Shown: positions 1 through 10,507 of the stretch, piece by piece
Numbering within the stretch: the stretch's first letter is position 1
How the letters are laid out: each line of letters begins with the position of its first letter
NCBI RefSeq assembly: GCF_002868845.1
Contig: NZ_PKUB01000018.1
Span: 45,807-109,806, forward strand
Length of the DNA stretch: 64,000 bases
DNA from: Desulfuromonas sp.
Lineage (GTDB): Bacteria > Desulfobacterota > Desulfuromonadia > Desulfuromonadales > BM501
Reading direction: 5' to 3'
Made by a program: the position numbers and the translations under genes
The notes under the pieces: model-generated
Database searches by the model: none
What the model was told of the DNA's origin: nothing
The model's input: the letters and a program-made list of their open reading frames with translations, nothing else

Positions 1-1
1 T

Positions 2-517
2 AAGGCCATCGAGGCGCTGAAGAAGGGGTTCAACAAGGTCCGCACCGGACGTGCCTCCACCACCCTCATGGACGAGATTCGGGTTGACTACTACGGAACC
101 CCGACGCCCCTCAATCAGATCGGGACCATGGCAGTTCCCGAGCCGCGGCTGATCACTATCACGCCGTGGGAAAAACAGCTGATTACCGAAATCGAAAAGG
201 CCATTCTCAAGTCGGACCTTGGGCTCAACCCCAGTTCGGACGGCCAGTTGGTGAGGATCGCCTTTCCGGTGCTGACCGAAGAGCGCCGCAAGGAGATGGT
301 CAAGGGGATCAAACGGATGGGCGAGGAGGCCAAAGTCGCCATCCGGAATTCCAGGAGAGATGCCAACGAGGGGTTGAAAAAGCTCGAGAAGGAAAAGGAA
401 ATCTCGGAAGACGAACAGAAACGCGGTGAAAAAGAGATCCAGGATCTCACCGATAAATATGTGAAAAAGATTGACGAAGTCGTAGCGGCCAAGGAAAACG
501 AAGTGATGGAGATTTAG
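2..517 (+). CDS. frr: ribosome recycling factor (5' end cut by window edge)
   Basis: The frame is open from position 2 and reads [39 protein letters not shown]...[18 protein letters not shown], the typical Frr sequence. The track ORF 68..517 is only the part after an internal Met. Stop is TAG at 515-517. Confidence 0.93.
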   Translation, partial: KAIEALKKGFNKVRTGRASTTLMDEIRVDYYGTPTPLNQIGTMAVPEPRLITITPWEKQLITEIEKAILKSDLGLNPSSDGQLVRIAFPVLTEERRKEMVKGIKRMGEEAKVAIRNSRRDANEGLKKLEKEKEISEDEQKRGEKEIQDLTDKYVKKIDEVVAAKENEVMEI

Positions 518-554
518 TCTCTCCGTCCGACAACCCCAAAGGAGGAAACAAAAC

Positions 555-713
555 ATGAAAATCAATGAAGAATGCATTGCTTGTGGCACCTGTGTTGACA
601 CCTGCCCGGTTGGCGCCATCGTCGAATCCGGGGACACCTACATCATCAACGACGACTGCACCGATTGCCAGGCCTGTGTTGACAGCTGCCCCGTAAGCGC
701 CATCGTCGAGTAA
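555..713 (+). CDS. 2x[4Fe-4S] clostridial-type ferredoxin (52 aa; below the ORF-track size cutoff)
   Basis: ATG at 555 is preceded by AGGAGG at 539-544. Translation is MKINEECIACGTCVDTCPVGAIVESGDTYIINDDCTDCQACVDSCPVSAIVE, with two CxxCxxCxxxCP motifs. Stop is TAA at 711-713. Confidence 0.8.
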   Translation: MKINEECIACGTCVDTCPVGAIVESGDTYIINDDCTDCQACVDSCPVSAIVE

Positions 714-781
714 TCGATGATCCCTGCGCCCACGGGCTCAGCCGTTGAGAACAGATGTTGGCATAAATGACATCAATGAAA

Positions 782-816
782 GAAACCCCCTTCAGATTTG
801 AAGGGGGTTTCTTTTT
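782..816. terminator. bidirectional intrinsic terminator between the ferredoxin gene and ilvY
   Basis: Perfect 13-bp stem GAAACCCCCTTCA (782-794) / TGAAGGGGGTTTC (799-811) with loop GATT. It is followed by TTTTT on + and by TTTC on -. Confidence 0.8.
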
Positions 817-844
817 GGCCTTTTACATACAAATCCCGGTTCCT

Positions 845-1729
845 TCAGAGCGATTTTTCTTCCGCCAACCTCCAGAAAGCCAGCACGCTGGAACGTTGCA
901 GATTGCGTTTCGTCGAACAGAGCCCGACCACGTACGGTTCGAGTCGAGGGGCTTTCCCCAGGATCTGGATCTCGTCGCGGAAAGGGCTGCGGTCCAGGAC
1001 CAGTTGCGGAACAACGCCGACGCCGCAACCGAGCCTGACCATTGGAATGATCGCCTCGTTGCCGGAGACTTCAGAACTGATATTCGGCGTGATGCGGTTG
1101 CTCTTGAGCCACTTGTCGAGCCGCCGGCGCGACAGGCCGGCCCGGGGCAAAACCAGCGGCGCCCGCGACAGGTCGAGTTGCCCCTGGATGGCCGCCGCGA
1201 TCGAATCGTCCGGCTGTTGCGGGGCAATGAAGATCAGCGGGGTGGTGGTGATCGGCAGAAACTCGATCTGCGAACGATCCCGGTCGGGCAGCGCCGCCAC
1301 CGCAAGGTCGATTTCTCCGGTCTGCACCTGGCTCACGGCCTGCTCGGCCGTGCCTGTGCGCAGATCGAGCTGGACCTTGGGATAGGCACCGCGATACGAT
1401 TCCAGCAGGTTCGGCAGCAGGCTGTAGACGGCGGTGATCGAGGCATAGATGGAGAGCGCCCCGGCAATCGCCTGCTCAGCCTGGATCTCCGCATGGAAAC
1501 GCTGCCACTCCTGCAGCGCCTGGCGGGCGTAGATGCGGAACTGTTCTCCAGCCGCAGAGAGGGAGACCGTCCGGTTGTCCCGCAGGAAAAGCGGCTGTTC
1601 GACCTCTTCTTCGAGCCGCTGGATGGTTCGGGTCAGAGCCGACGGGCTCAGATTGCACGCCTGGCTGGCCCGCTTGAAATGGAGCAGGTCGGCGACGGTG
1701 AGAAAAATTTCGAGTTCGCGGATATCCAT
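845..1729 (-). CDS. ilvY: LysR-family transcriptional regulator, IlvY-like (divergent from ilvC)
   Basis: N-terminal LysR HTH (MDIRELEIFLTVADLLHFKRASQACNLSPSALTRTIQRLEEEV) is followed by a LysR substrate-binding domain. The gene is divergently adjacent to a long-form ilvC, as in the enterobacterial ilvY-ilvC arrangement. Confidence 0.8.
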   Translation of the reverse strand: MDIRELEIFLTVADLLHFKRASQACNLSPSALTRTIQRLEEEVEQPLFLRDNRTVSLSAAGEQFRIYARQALQEWQRFHAEIQAEQAIAGALSIYASITAVYSLLPNLLESYRGAYPKVQLDLRTGTAEQAVSQVQTGEIDLAVAALPDRDRSQIEFLPITTTPLIFIAPQQPDDSIAAAIQGQLDLSRAPLVLPRAGLSRRRLDKWLKSNRITPNISSEVSGNEAIIPMVRLGCGVGVVPQLVLDRSPFRDEIQILGKAPRLEPYVVGLCSTKRNLQRSSVLAFWRLAEEKSL

Positions 1730-1975
1730 GCAGGACCTCTCTGCCGATGGCCACCTCTACAGGCGTCACTGAGATGAAAAGATAAACGGTCGGATTCTGC
1801 TATGCTGTTGCACTGTCGGGGTCACTTTTCAGCCGCCGGAGAATATGGTGTTGCGGTGAGGGCAACATTGTGTGCATAAAAAATCAATTTACGCAATGTT
1901 AACTTTCCGCTATGGTACGCACCATCCACTCTTGCCTGCCGTTCACACACAGCCATAAATAAGGGAGAATTCACC

Positions 1976-3454
1976 ATGGGTCAGAATTATTTCAACACAC
2001 TGCCGTTGCGTCGTCAGCTGGAGGAACTCGGGACCTGCCATTTCATGGACAGCAGCGAGTTCAACGGCGTCGACTACCTCAAGGGGAAAAAGATCGTCGT
2101 CGTCGGCTGCGGCGCCCAGGGCCTGAACCAGGGCCTGAACATGCGCGACAGCGGTCTCGACGTCGCCTACGCCCTGCGCAAGGTCGAGATCGACGAAAAG
2201 CATATCTCCTGGCAGAACGCCACCGAGAACAACTTCGAGTTCGACACCATCGAAAACATGGTCCCCAAGGGCGACCTGGTCCTGAACCTGACCCCGGACA
2301 AGTACCATTCCCCGGTCGTTAACCACATTATGCCCCTGATGAAACAGGGTGCCTGCCTCTCCTATTCCCACGGCTTCAATATCGTCGAGGAAGGGATGCA
2401 GATCCGTAAGGACCTGACGGTTATCATGGTTGCGCCCAAGTCCCCCGGTTCGGAGGTTCGCGCCGAGTTCCTGCGCGGTTTCGGCGTGCCGACCCTGATC
2501 GCCGTCCACGGTGAGAACGATCCCAACGGCGACGGCCTCGATATCGCCAAGGCGTACTGCTGCGGTACCGGCGGCGACAAGGCCGGCGTGCTGCTGTCCT
2601 CCTTCGTGGCCGAAGTCAAATCGGACCTGATGGGCGAGCAGACCATCCTCTGCGGCGTGCTGCAGACCGGTTCCATCCTCTTCTACAACAAGATGGTCGC
2701 CTCCGGCATCGACTCCGGGTATGCCGCCAAGCTGATCCAGTACGGCTGGGAGACCACCACCGAAGCTCTCAAGCACGGCGGCATCACCAACATGATGGAC
2801 CGGCTCTCCAACCCGGCCAAGCTGAGGGCTTTCGCGCTGGCCGACGAACTGAAGGAGATCATGACTCCTCTGTTCGAGAAGCATATGGACGACATCATGT
2901 CCGGGCATTTCTCCGAGACCATGATGGCGGACTGGGCCAACAACGACGCGGACCTGCTGCGCTGGCGTGAAGAGACCAACAACGAGCCCTTTGAAAAAGC
3001 CGAAGCGCAGACCGCGGAGATCCCCGAGCAGGAGTACTTCGATAACGGCATCCTGATGGTGGCCATGGTCAAGGCGGGTGTCGAGCTGGCCTTCGACACC
3101 ATGGTGGCCGCCGGCATCAAGGAGGAGTCGGCCTACTACGAGTCGCTGCACGAGACGCCTCTGATCGCCAACGTCATCGCCAAGAAGAAGCTCTACGAGA
3201 TGAACAAGGTCATCTCCGACACGGCCGAGTACGGCTGCTACCTCTTCGCTCACGCCGCCGTGCCGCTGCTGAAGGACTTCATGGACACGGTCGGTACCGA
3301 CGTGATCGGCAAGGGGCTCGAGCTCAAGGACAACGGCGTCGACAACCAGATGCTGGTGGCCGTCAATGCCGAGATTCGCGGAACCCTGATCGAAGAGGTC
3401 GGCGAGGAACTGCGTGAGGTTATGGAGGGCATGCAGGCGATCGCCTCGGCCTGA
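1976..3454 (+). CDS. ilvC: ketol-acid reductoisomerase, long form (class II, ~491 aa type)
   Basis: 492 aa. The N-terminus NYFNTL.LR.QL..LG.C.FM...EF....[31 protein letters not shown] and the duplicated knotted domain length match the enterobacterial long-form KARI, not the ~335-aa class I form. Confidence 0.93.
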   Translation: MGQNYFNTLPLRRQLEELGTCHFMDSSEFNGVDYLKGKKIVVVGCGAQGLNQGLNMRDSGLDVAYALRKVEIDEKHISWQNATENNFEFDTIENMVPKGDLVLNLTPDKYHSPVVNHIMPLMKQGACLSYSHGFNIVEEGMQIRKDLTVIMVAPKSPGSEVRAEFLRGFGVPTLIAVHGENDPNGDGLDIAKAYCCGTGGDKAGVLLSSFVAEVKSDLMGEQTILCGVLQTGSILFYNKMVASGIDSGYAAKLIQYGWETTTEALKHGGITNMMDRLSNPAKLRAFALADELKEIMTPLFEKHMDDIMSGHFSETMMADWANNDADLLRWREETNNEPFEKAEAQTAEIPEQEYFDNGILMVAMVKAGVELAFDTMVAAGIKEESAYYESLHETPLIANVIAKKKLYEMNKVISDTAEYGCYLFAHAAVPLLKDFMDTVGTDVIGKGLELKDNGVDNQMLVAVNAEIRGTLIEEVGEELREVMEGMQAIASA

Positions 3455-3484
3455 GCAACGGCAATCCAGAAACAATGACAAAAA

Positions 3485-3511
3485 GACCCCGTCTAGCGAC
3501 GGGGTCTTTTT
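3485..3511 (+). terminator. intrinsic terminator after ilvC
   Basis: Stem GACCCCGTC (3485-3493) / GACGGGGTC (3498-3506), loop TAGC, then TTTTT. Confidence 0.8.
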
Positions 3512-3700
3512 GTCTGGAAGGGTTTGAGCGTTGGGAGGATCTTGATTCCTCAGCTTTTAACGGGCTGGCCGCTCATTTTTTCTGAACATCAGCCCTTCAG
3601 GGGCGGCCTGTTTTTTCCCTTGCCAACAGACCCCGCTCCACTTGCCCGGAAGCATGTTTCATGCTAGGGTGATCCCCTTTTCGACAGCCCCTCTGCGTGA

Positions 3701-4456
3701 GTGTTGCACATGTCTTACCCACAGCACCTGGCCATTATTATGGATGGGAACGGCCGCTGGGCCGAACAACGCCGGTTGCCCCGGATTGCCGGGCATCGCA
3801 GGGGTGTGGAGACCGTTCAGGAAATCGTTAAGGAATGCCGTTCTCTTGGCATCCCCCACCTGACCCTCTACGCTTTCAGTTCGGAGAACTGGGGGCGTCC
3901 GCATGATGAGGTGGGAGCCCTCATGGAACTGCTCGGCCTCTTCCTGAAGAGGGAATTGCAGACTATGCTCGCCAACGACATCCGGCTGAAGGTCATCGGC
4001 GAGGTCGGGCGACTGCCCGGCAAGGTTCGCGAAATTCTGGAGCAGACCGTCTCCCGCACCGCCGCCAACTCTGGAATGGTCTTGACCCTCGCCCTTTCCT
4101 ACGGGGCCCGGAACGAACTGCTCCGGGCGGTGCGCGACGTCGCCGAGGAGGTGCGGGCGGGGAGGGTCGAGCCCGAAGCGATTGACGAGTCCTGCTTTGC
4201 CGGGCACCTGGATACCGCCGAGCTTCCCGACCCGGATTTCCTTATTCGCACCAGCGGCGAGATGCGCATCAGCAATTTCCTGCTCTGGCAACTTGCCTAT
4301 GCGGAACTCTACTTCACCGAAGCCCTGTGGCCCGATTTCAGCTCCCGGGAGTTGCACCGGGCCCTAGAGGAGTTCGGGCGCAGACAGAGACGCTTCGGCC
4401 TGACCGGCGCCCAGGTCCAAAAGCCGGCCCGGCGCCAGGGGGAGAAAAACCATTAA
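3701..4456 (+). CDS. uppS: undecaprenyl diphosphate synthase
   Basis: Contains HLAIIMDGNGRWA...RGHRRGV...LTLYAFSSENW...IRTSGEMRISNFLLWQLAYAELYF. The start may be GTG 3701 or ATG 3710. Confidence 0.92.
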   Translation: MLHMSYPQHLAIIMDGNGRWAEQRRLPRIAGHRRGVETVQEIVKECRSLGIPHLTLYAFSSENWGRPHDEVGALMELLGLFLKRELQTMLANDIRLKVIGEVGRLPGKVREILEQTVSRTAANSGMVLTLALSYGARNELLRAVRDVAEEVRAGRVEPEAIDESCFAGHLDTAELPDPDFLIRTSGEMRISNFLLWQLAYAELYFTEALWPDFSSRELHRALEEFGRRQRRFGLTGAQVQKPARRQGEKNH

Positions 4457-5252
4457 ACAGCGAATCATCACGGCCATTATCGGGCTTCCCCTGCTGCTGC
4501 TCTTTATTCATTACGCCAATTCCATCTTCTTTTTGGGTTTTGTTTGCGTGCTCACTTCTCTGGCTCTCTGGGAATACCTCGAAATGAGTCTGCCCGAGGG
4601 GCGCACCCTGGAGAAGGCCCTGGCGGTCCTTGCAGGGACGGGGCTCGTGGCTCTTGTAGGGGCAGGGCAGCCGGTCCTTTTTCAGGGCGCCCTCACCGCG
4701 GCGCTGCTCTTTTTCGCGGTCCTTTTCCTGCTGCGCTATCGGGATTTGACCACCGTCTCCCAGCAACTGGGGCTGGTCCTGTTCGGCTTTCTTTACCTGC
4801 CCCTGCTCCTCGGTCACATGTCCTTGCTGCGCGGCCTCGCTCATGGGCAAAAGTGGATCTTCCTGGTTCTGTTCGCGGTGATGGCCTGCGACACCATGGC
4901 CTACTTCGTCGGAACCTCCTTCGGTCGGCGTCGCCTCTATCCAGCCATCAGTCCCAAAAAGAGCATCGAGGGCGCCCTCGGCGGCCTGGTCGGCAGTCTC
5001 TGTGGCGTCTTGTTGGCCAAGTTTCTGTTTTTTCCTGCTCTCGCCATCTCCGACTGCCTTGTCCTCGGTCTTCTGCTCGGTCTTTTCGGGCAGGTCGGGG
5101 ACCTCTTTGAGTCGATGCTCAAGCGCAGTTTCGGAGTCAAAGACTCGGGAACCCTGATCCCCGGGCATGGAGGGCTTCTCGATCGGCTCGACAGCCTGCT
5201 CTTCTCCTTCGCACCCGTCTACTATTTCGCCCTCTGGCGAATGGTCGGATAG
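4452..5252 (+). CDS. cdsA: phosphatidate cytidylyltransferase (start uncertain: ATT 4452 vs TTG 4533)
   Basis: C-terminal CTP_transf_1 signature SxxKRxxGVKDSGxLIPGHGGxLDRxDS is present. The frame is open from 4404 and reads (I)[20 protein letters not shown], a typical CdsA N-terminus. There is no ATG/GTG/TTG before TTG 4533. Confidence 0.85.
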   Translation: MKQRIITAIIGLPLLLLFIHYANSIFFLGFVCVLTSLALWEYLEMSLPEGRTLEKALAVLAGTGLVALVGAGQPVLFQGALTAALLFFAVLFLLRYRDLTTVSQQLGLVLFGFLYLPLLLGHMSLLRGLAHGQKWIFLVLFAVMACDTMAYFVGTSFGRRRLYPAISPKKSIEGALGGLVGSLCGVLLAKFLFFPALAISDCLVLGLLLGLFGQVGDLFESMLKRSFGVKDSGTLIPGHGGLLDRLDSLLFSFAPVYYFALWRMVG

Positions 5253-5263
5253 AATCGCTTGCC

Positions 5264-6424
5264 ATGAAGAACCTTTGTATACTCGGATCGACAGGCTCCA
5301 TCGGCGTCAGCACCCTCGACATCGTCGCCGCTCATCCAGAACGCTACCGGGTTGTGGCTCTGACCGGGGGGAACAACCTGGAACGGCTTCGGGAGCAGAC
5401 CCTGCGCTTTTCGCCCAAGGTCGTTGCGGTCGTCTCCGAGCAAGACGCCCTTCGCCTGAAGGAATCCCTCGGGGCCCAGGCGCCCGAAATCCTTGCCGGG
5501 GTTGAGGGCATGGCCGCTTGCGCAAGCCATTCGGAGGCCGACATGGTCGTTTCTGCCATTGTCGGCGCCGCCGGGCTGGTCCCCACAATGGCCGCCATAG
5601 AGGCGGGCAAGGACGTTGCCCTGGCCAACAAGGAAACCCTGGTCGCAGCCGGCCCTCTCGTCATGGAGGCCGTGCGCCGCCGGGGGGTGAACCTCTTTCC
5701 CGTCGATAGCGAGCATTCCGCCATTTTTCAGTCCTTGACCGGGCACCGCAGAGCGGACGTGCAGCGCCTGATCCTGACCGCCTCCGGGGGGCCGTTCCGG
5801 GACAGTTCACTGGAAGAGCTGAGGGGGGTGACCCCCGCCCAGGCCCTTGCCCATCCCAATTGGGACATGGGGCGAAAGATCTCCATCGACTCGGCCACCA
5901 TGATGAACAAGGGGCTGGAGGTGATCGAGGCACGATGGCTTTTCGACCTGCCTGCCGATCGGATCGGCGTGCATATCCACCCTCAAAGCATTGTCCACTC
6001 GATGGTCGAATACGTTGACGGCTCGGTGATCGCCCAGATGGGCATTCCCGACATGAAGACCCCGATCGCCTACGCCCTGTCTTATCCCGAACGACTTTCC
6101 CTGCCACTTCCTCCCCTCGACCTTTGCGCCGTCGGGACCCTGACCTTTGACCAGCCCGACACCGAACGTTTCGCCTGCCTCTCCCTCGCCTACCAGGCGC
6201 TGGAGTCCGGCGGAACGGCCCCTGCGGTCGTCAACGCGGCCAACGAAGTTGCGGTCGAGGCGTTCTTGGAGGGGCGGGTCGCGTTCCTGCAGATTCCCGA
6301 GGTGATCCGGGCGGCTCTCGATCGTCATCGGAGCGAACCGCTCGACAGCATCGAGGCGGCCCAGCGGGCCGATCGCTGGGGCCGGGCCGAGGCCCGGCGG
6401 ATTATTCAAACTTTTATTGCCTGA
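5264..6424 (+). CDS. dxr: 1-deoxy-D-xylulose 5-phosphate reductoisomerase
   Basis: Contains [16 protein letters not shown]...LANKE...DSEHSAIFQ...LTASGGPFR...[27 protein letters not shown]. Confidence 0.95.
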   Translation: MKNLCILGSTGSIGVSTLDIVAAHPERYRVVALTGGNNLERLREQTLRFSPKVVAVVSEQDALRLKESLGAQAPEILAGVEGMAACASHSEADMVVSAIVGAAGLVPTMAAIEAGKDVALANKETLVAAGPLVMEAVRRRGVNLFPVDSEHSAIFQSLTGHRRADVQRLILTASGGPFRDSSLEELRGVTPAQALAHPNWDMGRKISIDSATMMNKGLEVIEARWLFDLPADRIGVHIHPQSIVHSMVEYVDGSVIAQMGIPDMKTPIAYALSYPERLSLPLPPLDLCAVGTLTFDQPDTERFACLSLAYQALESGGTAPAVVNAANEVAVEAFLEGRVAFLQIPEVIRAALDRHRSEPLDSIEAAQRADRWGRAEARRIIQTFIA

Positions 6425-6435
6425 ACGGAGGCTTC

Positions 6436-7767
6436 ATGTTCACCGTGATTGTTGGTATCATCATGCTCGGTATCCTCGTTTTCGTCCACGAATTCGGGCA
6501 TTTCTGCGTGGCCAAGCTGACCGGTGTCAAGGTTCTCAAGTTCTCCCTCGGTTTCGGGCCGCGTCTGATTTCCAAGACCTGGGGCGAGACCGAGTACATG
6601 ATCTGCGCCGTCCCTCTCGGGGGATATGTCCAGATGCTCGGGGAGGGGACCGGCGAGGAGGGCGAAGAGGCCGAGCTGACCCCCGAGGAGAGGAAGCGCT
6701 CCTTTGGTGAAAAAGCGGTGTCCCAGCGCACCGCCATCGTCGCCGCCGGGCCCTTTATGAACCTGCTCCTGCCCTTTCTGGTCCTGCCGCTGGCCTACAT
6801 GGTGGGGGTCAACCTGCCGGCCTTTCTCGAGGGTTCCCCCTGTGTCGGCTACGTGGTGGCCCAGTCCGAAGCCGGCTCCGCCGGCTTTGCGGCTGGCGAT
6901 TGCATTGTTGCGATCAACGGCGAGGCGGTGGAGACCTGGACCGATACCAACCAGGCTCTGATCTCCAACGCGGGGTCTCCCCTGGAGTTTGCCGTTGAGC
7001 GGGGGGGGCAGGGGATGACCCTGTCCATTCCCAAATCAGAGGACGGCATCGAGGGGCTCCAGTCCCTCGGCGTGCTTCCGCCCCAAGAGGCGGTGGTTGG
7101 GGCCCTGGCCCCGGGGATGCCGGCCCAGGCGGCCGGGTTCCTTGAAGGTGACCGGATCGTGGCCATCGAGAACCAGCCAGTCAGCTCCTGGTATGACCTG
7201 AGGGGGTTGATCCAGGAGTCTCAAGGCCAACCGCAGACCTTTGTCCTCGATCGCAACGGCGAGGAGTTGTCCCTCTCCATCCAGCCCATCACGCAGGAGG
7301 GGAACGGCCCCGATTTCCTTATTGGAATCGCTCCGAGGCAGCAGACCGTGTTTAAACGCTTCGGCGTTTACGACTCCATCAAGGCCGGGGCTGATCGCTC
7401 CGTCGAGCTGATCAAACTCACCCTCGTCTTCATTCAAAAACTCTTTGCCGGACACGTCTCAACCAAAAGCATCGGCGGCCCCATCACCGTTGTTCAGATC
7501 GCCGGGCAGGCCGCCCAGACCGACCTGGCCAGCATCCTGACCGTCCTGGCCTTTCTCAGCATCCAGTTGGGAATCCTCAACCTCCTTCCCATCCCGATTC
7601 TCGATGGGGGGCACCTGTTCTTTAACCTCTTCGAATTCGTCTTTCGCCGTCCCATGTCCCTGCGGGCGAGAGAGGTCGCCCAGCAGATCGGCCTGATCCT
7701 GATCCTGCTGCTGATGGTTCTCGCCTTTTACAATGACATCATGCGGATTTTCTTCGGGGGCCAGTGA
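6436..7767 (+). CDS. rseP: RIP zinc metalloprotease RseP (S2P family, PDZ domains)
   Basis: HEFGH motif near the N-terminus, central PDZ-like regions, and C-terminal NLLPIPILDGGH motif. It sits in the conserved position after dxr. Confidence 0.92.
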   Translation: MFTVIVGIIMLGILVFVHEFGHFCVAKLTGVKVLKFSLGFGPRLISKTWGETEYMICAVPLGGYVQMLGEGTGEEGEEAELTPEERKRSFGEKAVSQRTAIVAAGPFMNLLLPFLVLPLAYMVGVNLPAFLEGSPCVGYVVAQSEAGSAGFAAGDCIVAINGEAVETWTDTNQALISNAGSPLEFAVERGGQGMTLSIPKSEDGIEGLQSLGVLPPQEAVVGALAPGMPAQAAGFLEGDRIVAIENQPVSSWYDLRGLIQESQGQPQTFVLDRNGEELSLSIQPITQEGNGPDFLIGIAPRQQTVFKRFGVYDSIKAGADRSVELIKLTLVFIQKLFAGHVSTKSIGGPITVVQIAGQAAQTDLASILTVLAFLSIQLGILNLLPIPILDGGHLFFNLFEFVFRRPMSLRAREVAQQIGLILILLLMVLAFYNDIMRIFFGGQ

Positions 7768-8483
7768 TGAACGAAGTCCTGCTGACCATCGACACCTCGA
7801 CCCAGGTGGGGAGCGTCGCCCTGTCCCGGGGAGAGGTGCTCCTAGGTGAAAATCTTCTCAACGGGCCGCGCACCCAGACCGACAGCGTTCTTGTCTCCAT
7901 TGGCCGGCTTCTCGAAGACGCTGGCCTCGGCATCGGAGATGTCGACGGCCTCGGCGTGGTCCTCGGGCCCGGCTCCTTCACCGGGGTCCGGGTGGGGGTT
8001 GCCAGCGTCAAGGGGCTGGCCCTGGCCACCGGAAAGCCGGTTTTCGGGGTCTCCTCGCTGAGGGCTCTGGCCCTGCAGGCCCCCGCGGCCCGACATCCGG
8101 TCTGCGCCTTGCTCGACGCCCGGAAAAAAGAGGTCTACGCCGGGGTCTACGGTTGGGAGCGCGGATTGCCCGCCCCCCTCGGTCCCGAGGCCGTGCTGCC
8201 CCCGGAAAAACTTCTCTCGGCGCTCGAGGGGGAGGTCCTGTTTCTCGGTGACGGGGCGACCGTCTATCGGACCCTCATCGCCCGGCAGATGGGCGATCGG
8301 GCCCACTTCGCGCCCTGGCCCCTTCACGCGCCCCGGGCCTCGAATGCCGCCGTTCTCGCCCTTCTGGAGATGAGAGAGGGCCGTTCCGTTCCCCTGGAGT
8401 TTCTCACCCCCAGCTATATTCGTCTCTCCGAGGCGGAAATCACTTGGGCAAGGCGTCGGGCCGAAGGGGTGATTGACGGTTGA
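7764..8483 (+). CDS. tsaB: tRNA t6A37 biosynthesis protein TsaB (YeaZ family)
   Basis: Reads LLTIDTSTQVGSVAL...GPGSFTGVRVGVASVKGLALA. It overlaps the rseP stop by 4 nt. Confidence 0.85.
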   Translation: MMNEVLLTIDTSTQVGSVALSRGEVLLGENLLNGPRTQTDSVLVSIGRLLEDAGLGIGDVDGLGVVLGPGSFTGVRVGVASVKGLALATGKPVFGVSSLRALALQAPAARHPVCALLDARKKEVYAGVYGWERGLPAPLGPEAVLPPEKLLSALEGEVLFLGDGATVYRTLIARQMGDRAHFAPWPLHAPRASNAAVLALLEMREGRSVPLEFLTPSYIRLSEAEITWARRRAEGVIDG

Positions 8484-8508
8484 CAAGGAAAAATCCATTG
8501 GTTATTTT
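8480..8508 (+). promoter_or_regulatory. sigma70-like promoter candidate
   Basis: TTGACA (8480-8485), 17-nt spacer, TATTTT (8503-8508). It lies ~45 nt upstream of the 8555 ORF. Confidence 0.45.
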
Positions 8509-8554
8509 AAAATATCGTTTCGGGTCTTATTAACCTTTTTCGTGGAGGTGCTCG

Positions 8555-8776
8555 ATGGAGGAAAGCGATCAGGCCTTTGTTCAACAACTGTTTGACAATA
8601 ATCCCCGCTTCCGGTTGCTCTACGAAGAACACCTTTTGCTCGAGAGGGAACTGGAGGACCTTGATCAAAGATCCTACTTGACGCCCGAAGAAGAAGTCGA
8701 AAGAAAAAAGGTGCAAAAAATGAAGCTGGCCGGCAAGGATGAGATGGAGCTAATCCTGAGCAAGTTCCGCCAGTGA
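8555..8776 (+). CDS. DUF465 (YdcH-like) small coiled-coil protein
   Basis: 73 aa. The pattern F..L...N..F..L...H..L...L..L.....L.P.EE.E...LKK.KL..KDEM is characteristic of DUF465. Confidence 0.7.
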   Translation: MEESDQAFVQQLFDNNPRFRLLYEEHLLLERELEDLDQRSYLTPEEEVERKKVQKMKLAGKDEMELILSKFRQ

Positions 8777-8950
8777 CCTGAAGATATTCTGGAAGGGTTC
8801 GGGCCGCGCTCGAACCCTTTCTCCGTAAACAGGCCCGTTTGTTCGGCCTAAACAAAAATTTGCCGGTCCTTTAATTGTCCGGCGAACAGGGATCTTATGG
8901 TCCCTGTTCATTTATTTTCAGCTTTATACGAATCAGGGAGCAGTGAACTC

Positions 8951-10507
8951 ATGACAGCCCAACGCAGCGACGCCATCACCAAAGGCTTTGAACGCACCCC
9001 CCACCGGGCCCTTCTCAAGGGGACCGGAGTTCCCGAGGCCGAGATGGGCAAACCCTTCATCGGTATCGCCACCTCCTTCACCGACCTGATTCCCGGTCAT
9101 ACCGGGATGCGGGACTTGGAGCGGTACATCGAGAAGGGGGTCCACACTGGGGGGGGCTACTCCTTCCTGTTCGGCATCCCCGGTGTCTGCGACGGCATTG
9201 CCATGGGTCACAAGGGGATGCACTACTCCCTGCCCACCCGGGAGCTCATCGCCGACATGATCGAATCGATCGCCGAGGCCCACCGCCTCGACGGCCTGGT
9301 GCTGCTCACCAACTGCGACAAGATCACCCCCGGCATGCTGATGGCCGCCGCGCGCCTGGACATTCCCTGCATCGTTGTGACCGCCGGTCCGATGATGACC
9401 GGCGCCGGTCAGAAGGGGCGCCGCTTCTCCTTCGTCACCGACACCTTCGAGGCCATGGCCCAGTACAAGGCCGGGGTCATTGACGAACATGAACTCAAGA
9501 TCTGCGAAGATCACGCCTGCCCCACGACCGGAAGCTGTCAGGGGCTGTTCACCGCCAATACCATGGCGATTATCACAGAAACCCTCGGAATGAGCATGGT
9601 CCGCTGCGGCACTGCACTGGCCGTTTCCTCTCTCAAGCGGCGCATCGCTTTCGCCTCGGGCGAGCGCATCGTCGGCCTGGTCCGGGAGGGGATCACCCCC
9701 CGGCAGATCCTGACCAGCGAAGCTTTCGAGAACGCCATCCGGGTCGATCTCGCCCTGGGCGGTTCGAGCAACACCGTCCTGCACCTGCTGGCCATCGCCA
9801 AGGAGGCGGGCATCGAACTGCCCCTGGAGACCTTCGACAGCCTGAGCCGCACCACCCCGCAGCTCGCCTCCATGAACCCCGGAGGGGTGCATTTCATGGA
9901 AGATCTCGATGCCGCCGGGGGTGTGCCTGCCGTTTTCTATCAGTTGCGCGACCTGATCAAGGACAACCCGACCCTGACCGGTCCCACGGTCCGGCAGATC
10001 GTCGACAGCGTCGCCTCCGTCGAGGAGGACGTCGTCCACCCAGTCACCGACCCGGTGCGTCCCGAAGGGGGCATCGCCATTCTTTTCGGCAACCTCGCCC
10101 CGGACGGGGCCGTCGTCAAGCAGTCGGGGGTATCCGAGAAAATGATGAATTTCGAGGGCCGGGCCCGCTGCTTCGATTCCGAGGAGGCGGCCATGGAGGC
10201 TCTCATGGGCGGGGTCGTTGTCCCTGGCGATGTTGTGGTCATCCGCTATGAAGGGCCGAAGGGCGGTCCAGGGATGCGCGAGATGCTCGCCCCGACCGCC
10301 ACCCTCATGGGGCTCGGTCTTGGCGACAGCGTAGCCCTGGTGACCGACGGGCGTTTCTCCGGTGGAACCCGGGGGCCCTGCATCGGGCACATCTCCCCGG
10401 AGGCCGCCGAGGGCGGGCCCATCGCCCTGGTCGAGGACGGCGACGCCATCGTTCTCGACATCCCCAACCGGCGCCTCGAACTGTCGGTGGACGAGGCGAC
10501 CCTGTAG
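8951..10507 (+). CDS. ilvD: dihydroxy-acid dehydratase, interrupted by in-frame TAG at 10505-10507
   Basis: Contains [27 protein letters not shown]...[16 protein letters not shown]...[24 protein letters not shown]. The likely start is ATG 8951, since the track start at 8897 adds an atypical extension. The ORF ends ~40 codons before the family C-terminus. Confidence 0.9.
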   Translation: MTAQRSDAITKGFERTPHRALLKGTGVPEAEMGKPFIGIATSFTDLIPGHTGMRDLERYIEKGVHTGGGYSFLFGIPGVCDGIAMGHKGMHYSLPTRELIADMIESIAEAHRLDGLVLLTNCDKITPGMLMAAARLDIPCIVVTAGPMMTGAGQKGRRFSFVTDTFEAMAQYKAGVIDEHELKICEDHACPTTGSCQGLFTANTMAIITETLGMSMVRCGTALAVSSLKRRIAFASGERIVGLVREGITPRQILTSEAFENAIRVDLALGGSSNTVLHLLAIAKEAGIELPLETFDSLSRTTPQLASMNPGGVHFMEDLDAAGGVPAVFYQLRDLIKDNPTLTGPTVRQIVDSVASVEEDVVHPVTDPVRPEGGIAILFGNLAPDGAVVKQSGVSEKMMNFEGRARCFDSEEAAMEALMGGVVVPGDVVVIRYEGPKGGPGMREMLAPTATLMGLGLGDSVALVTDGRFSGGTRGPCIGHISPEAAEGGPIALVEDGDAIVLDIPNRRLELSVDEATL

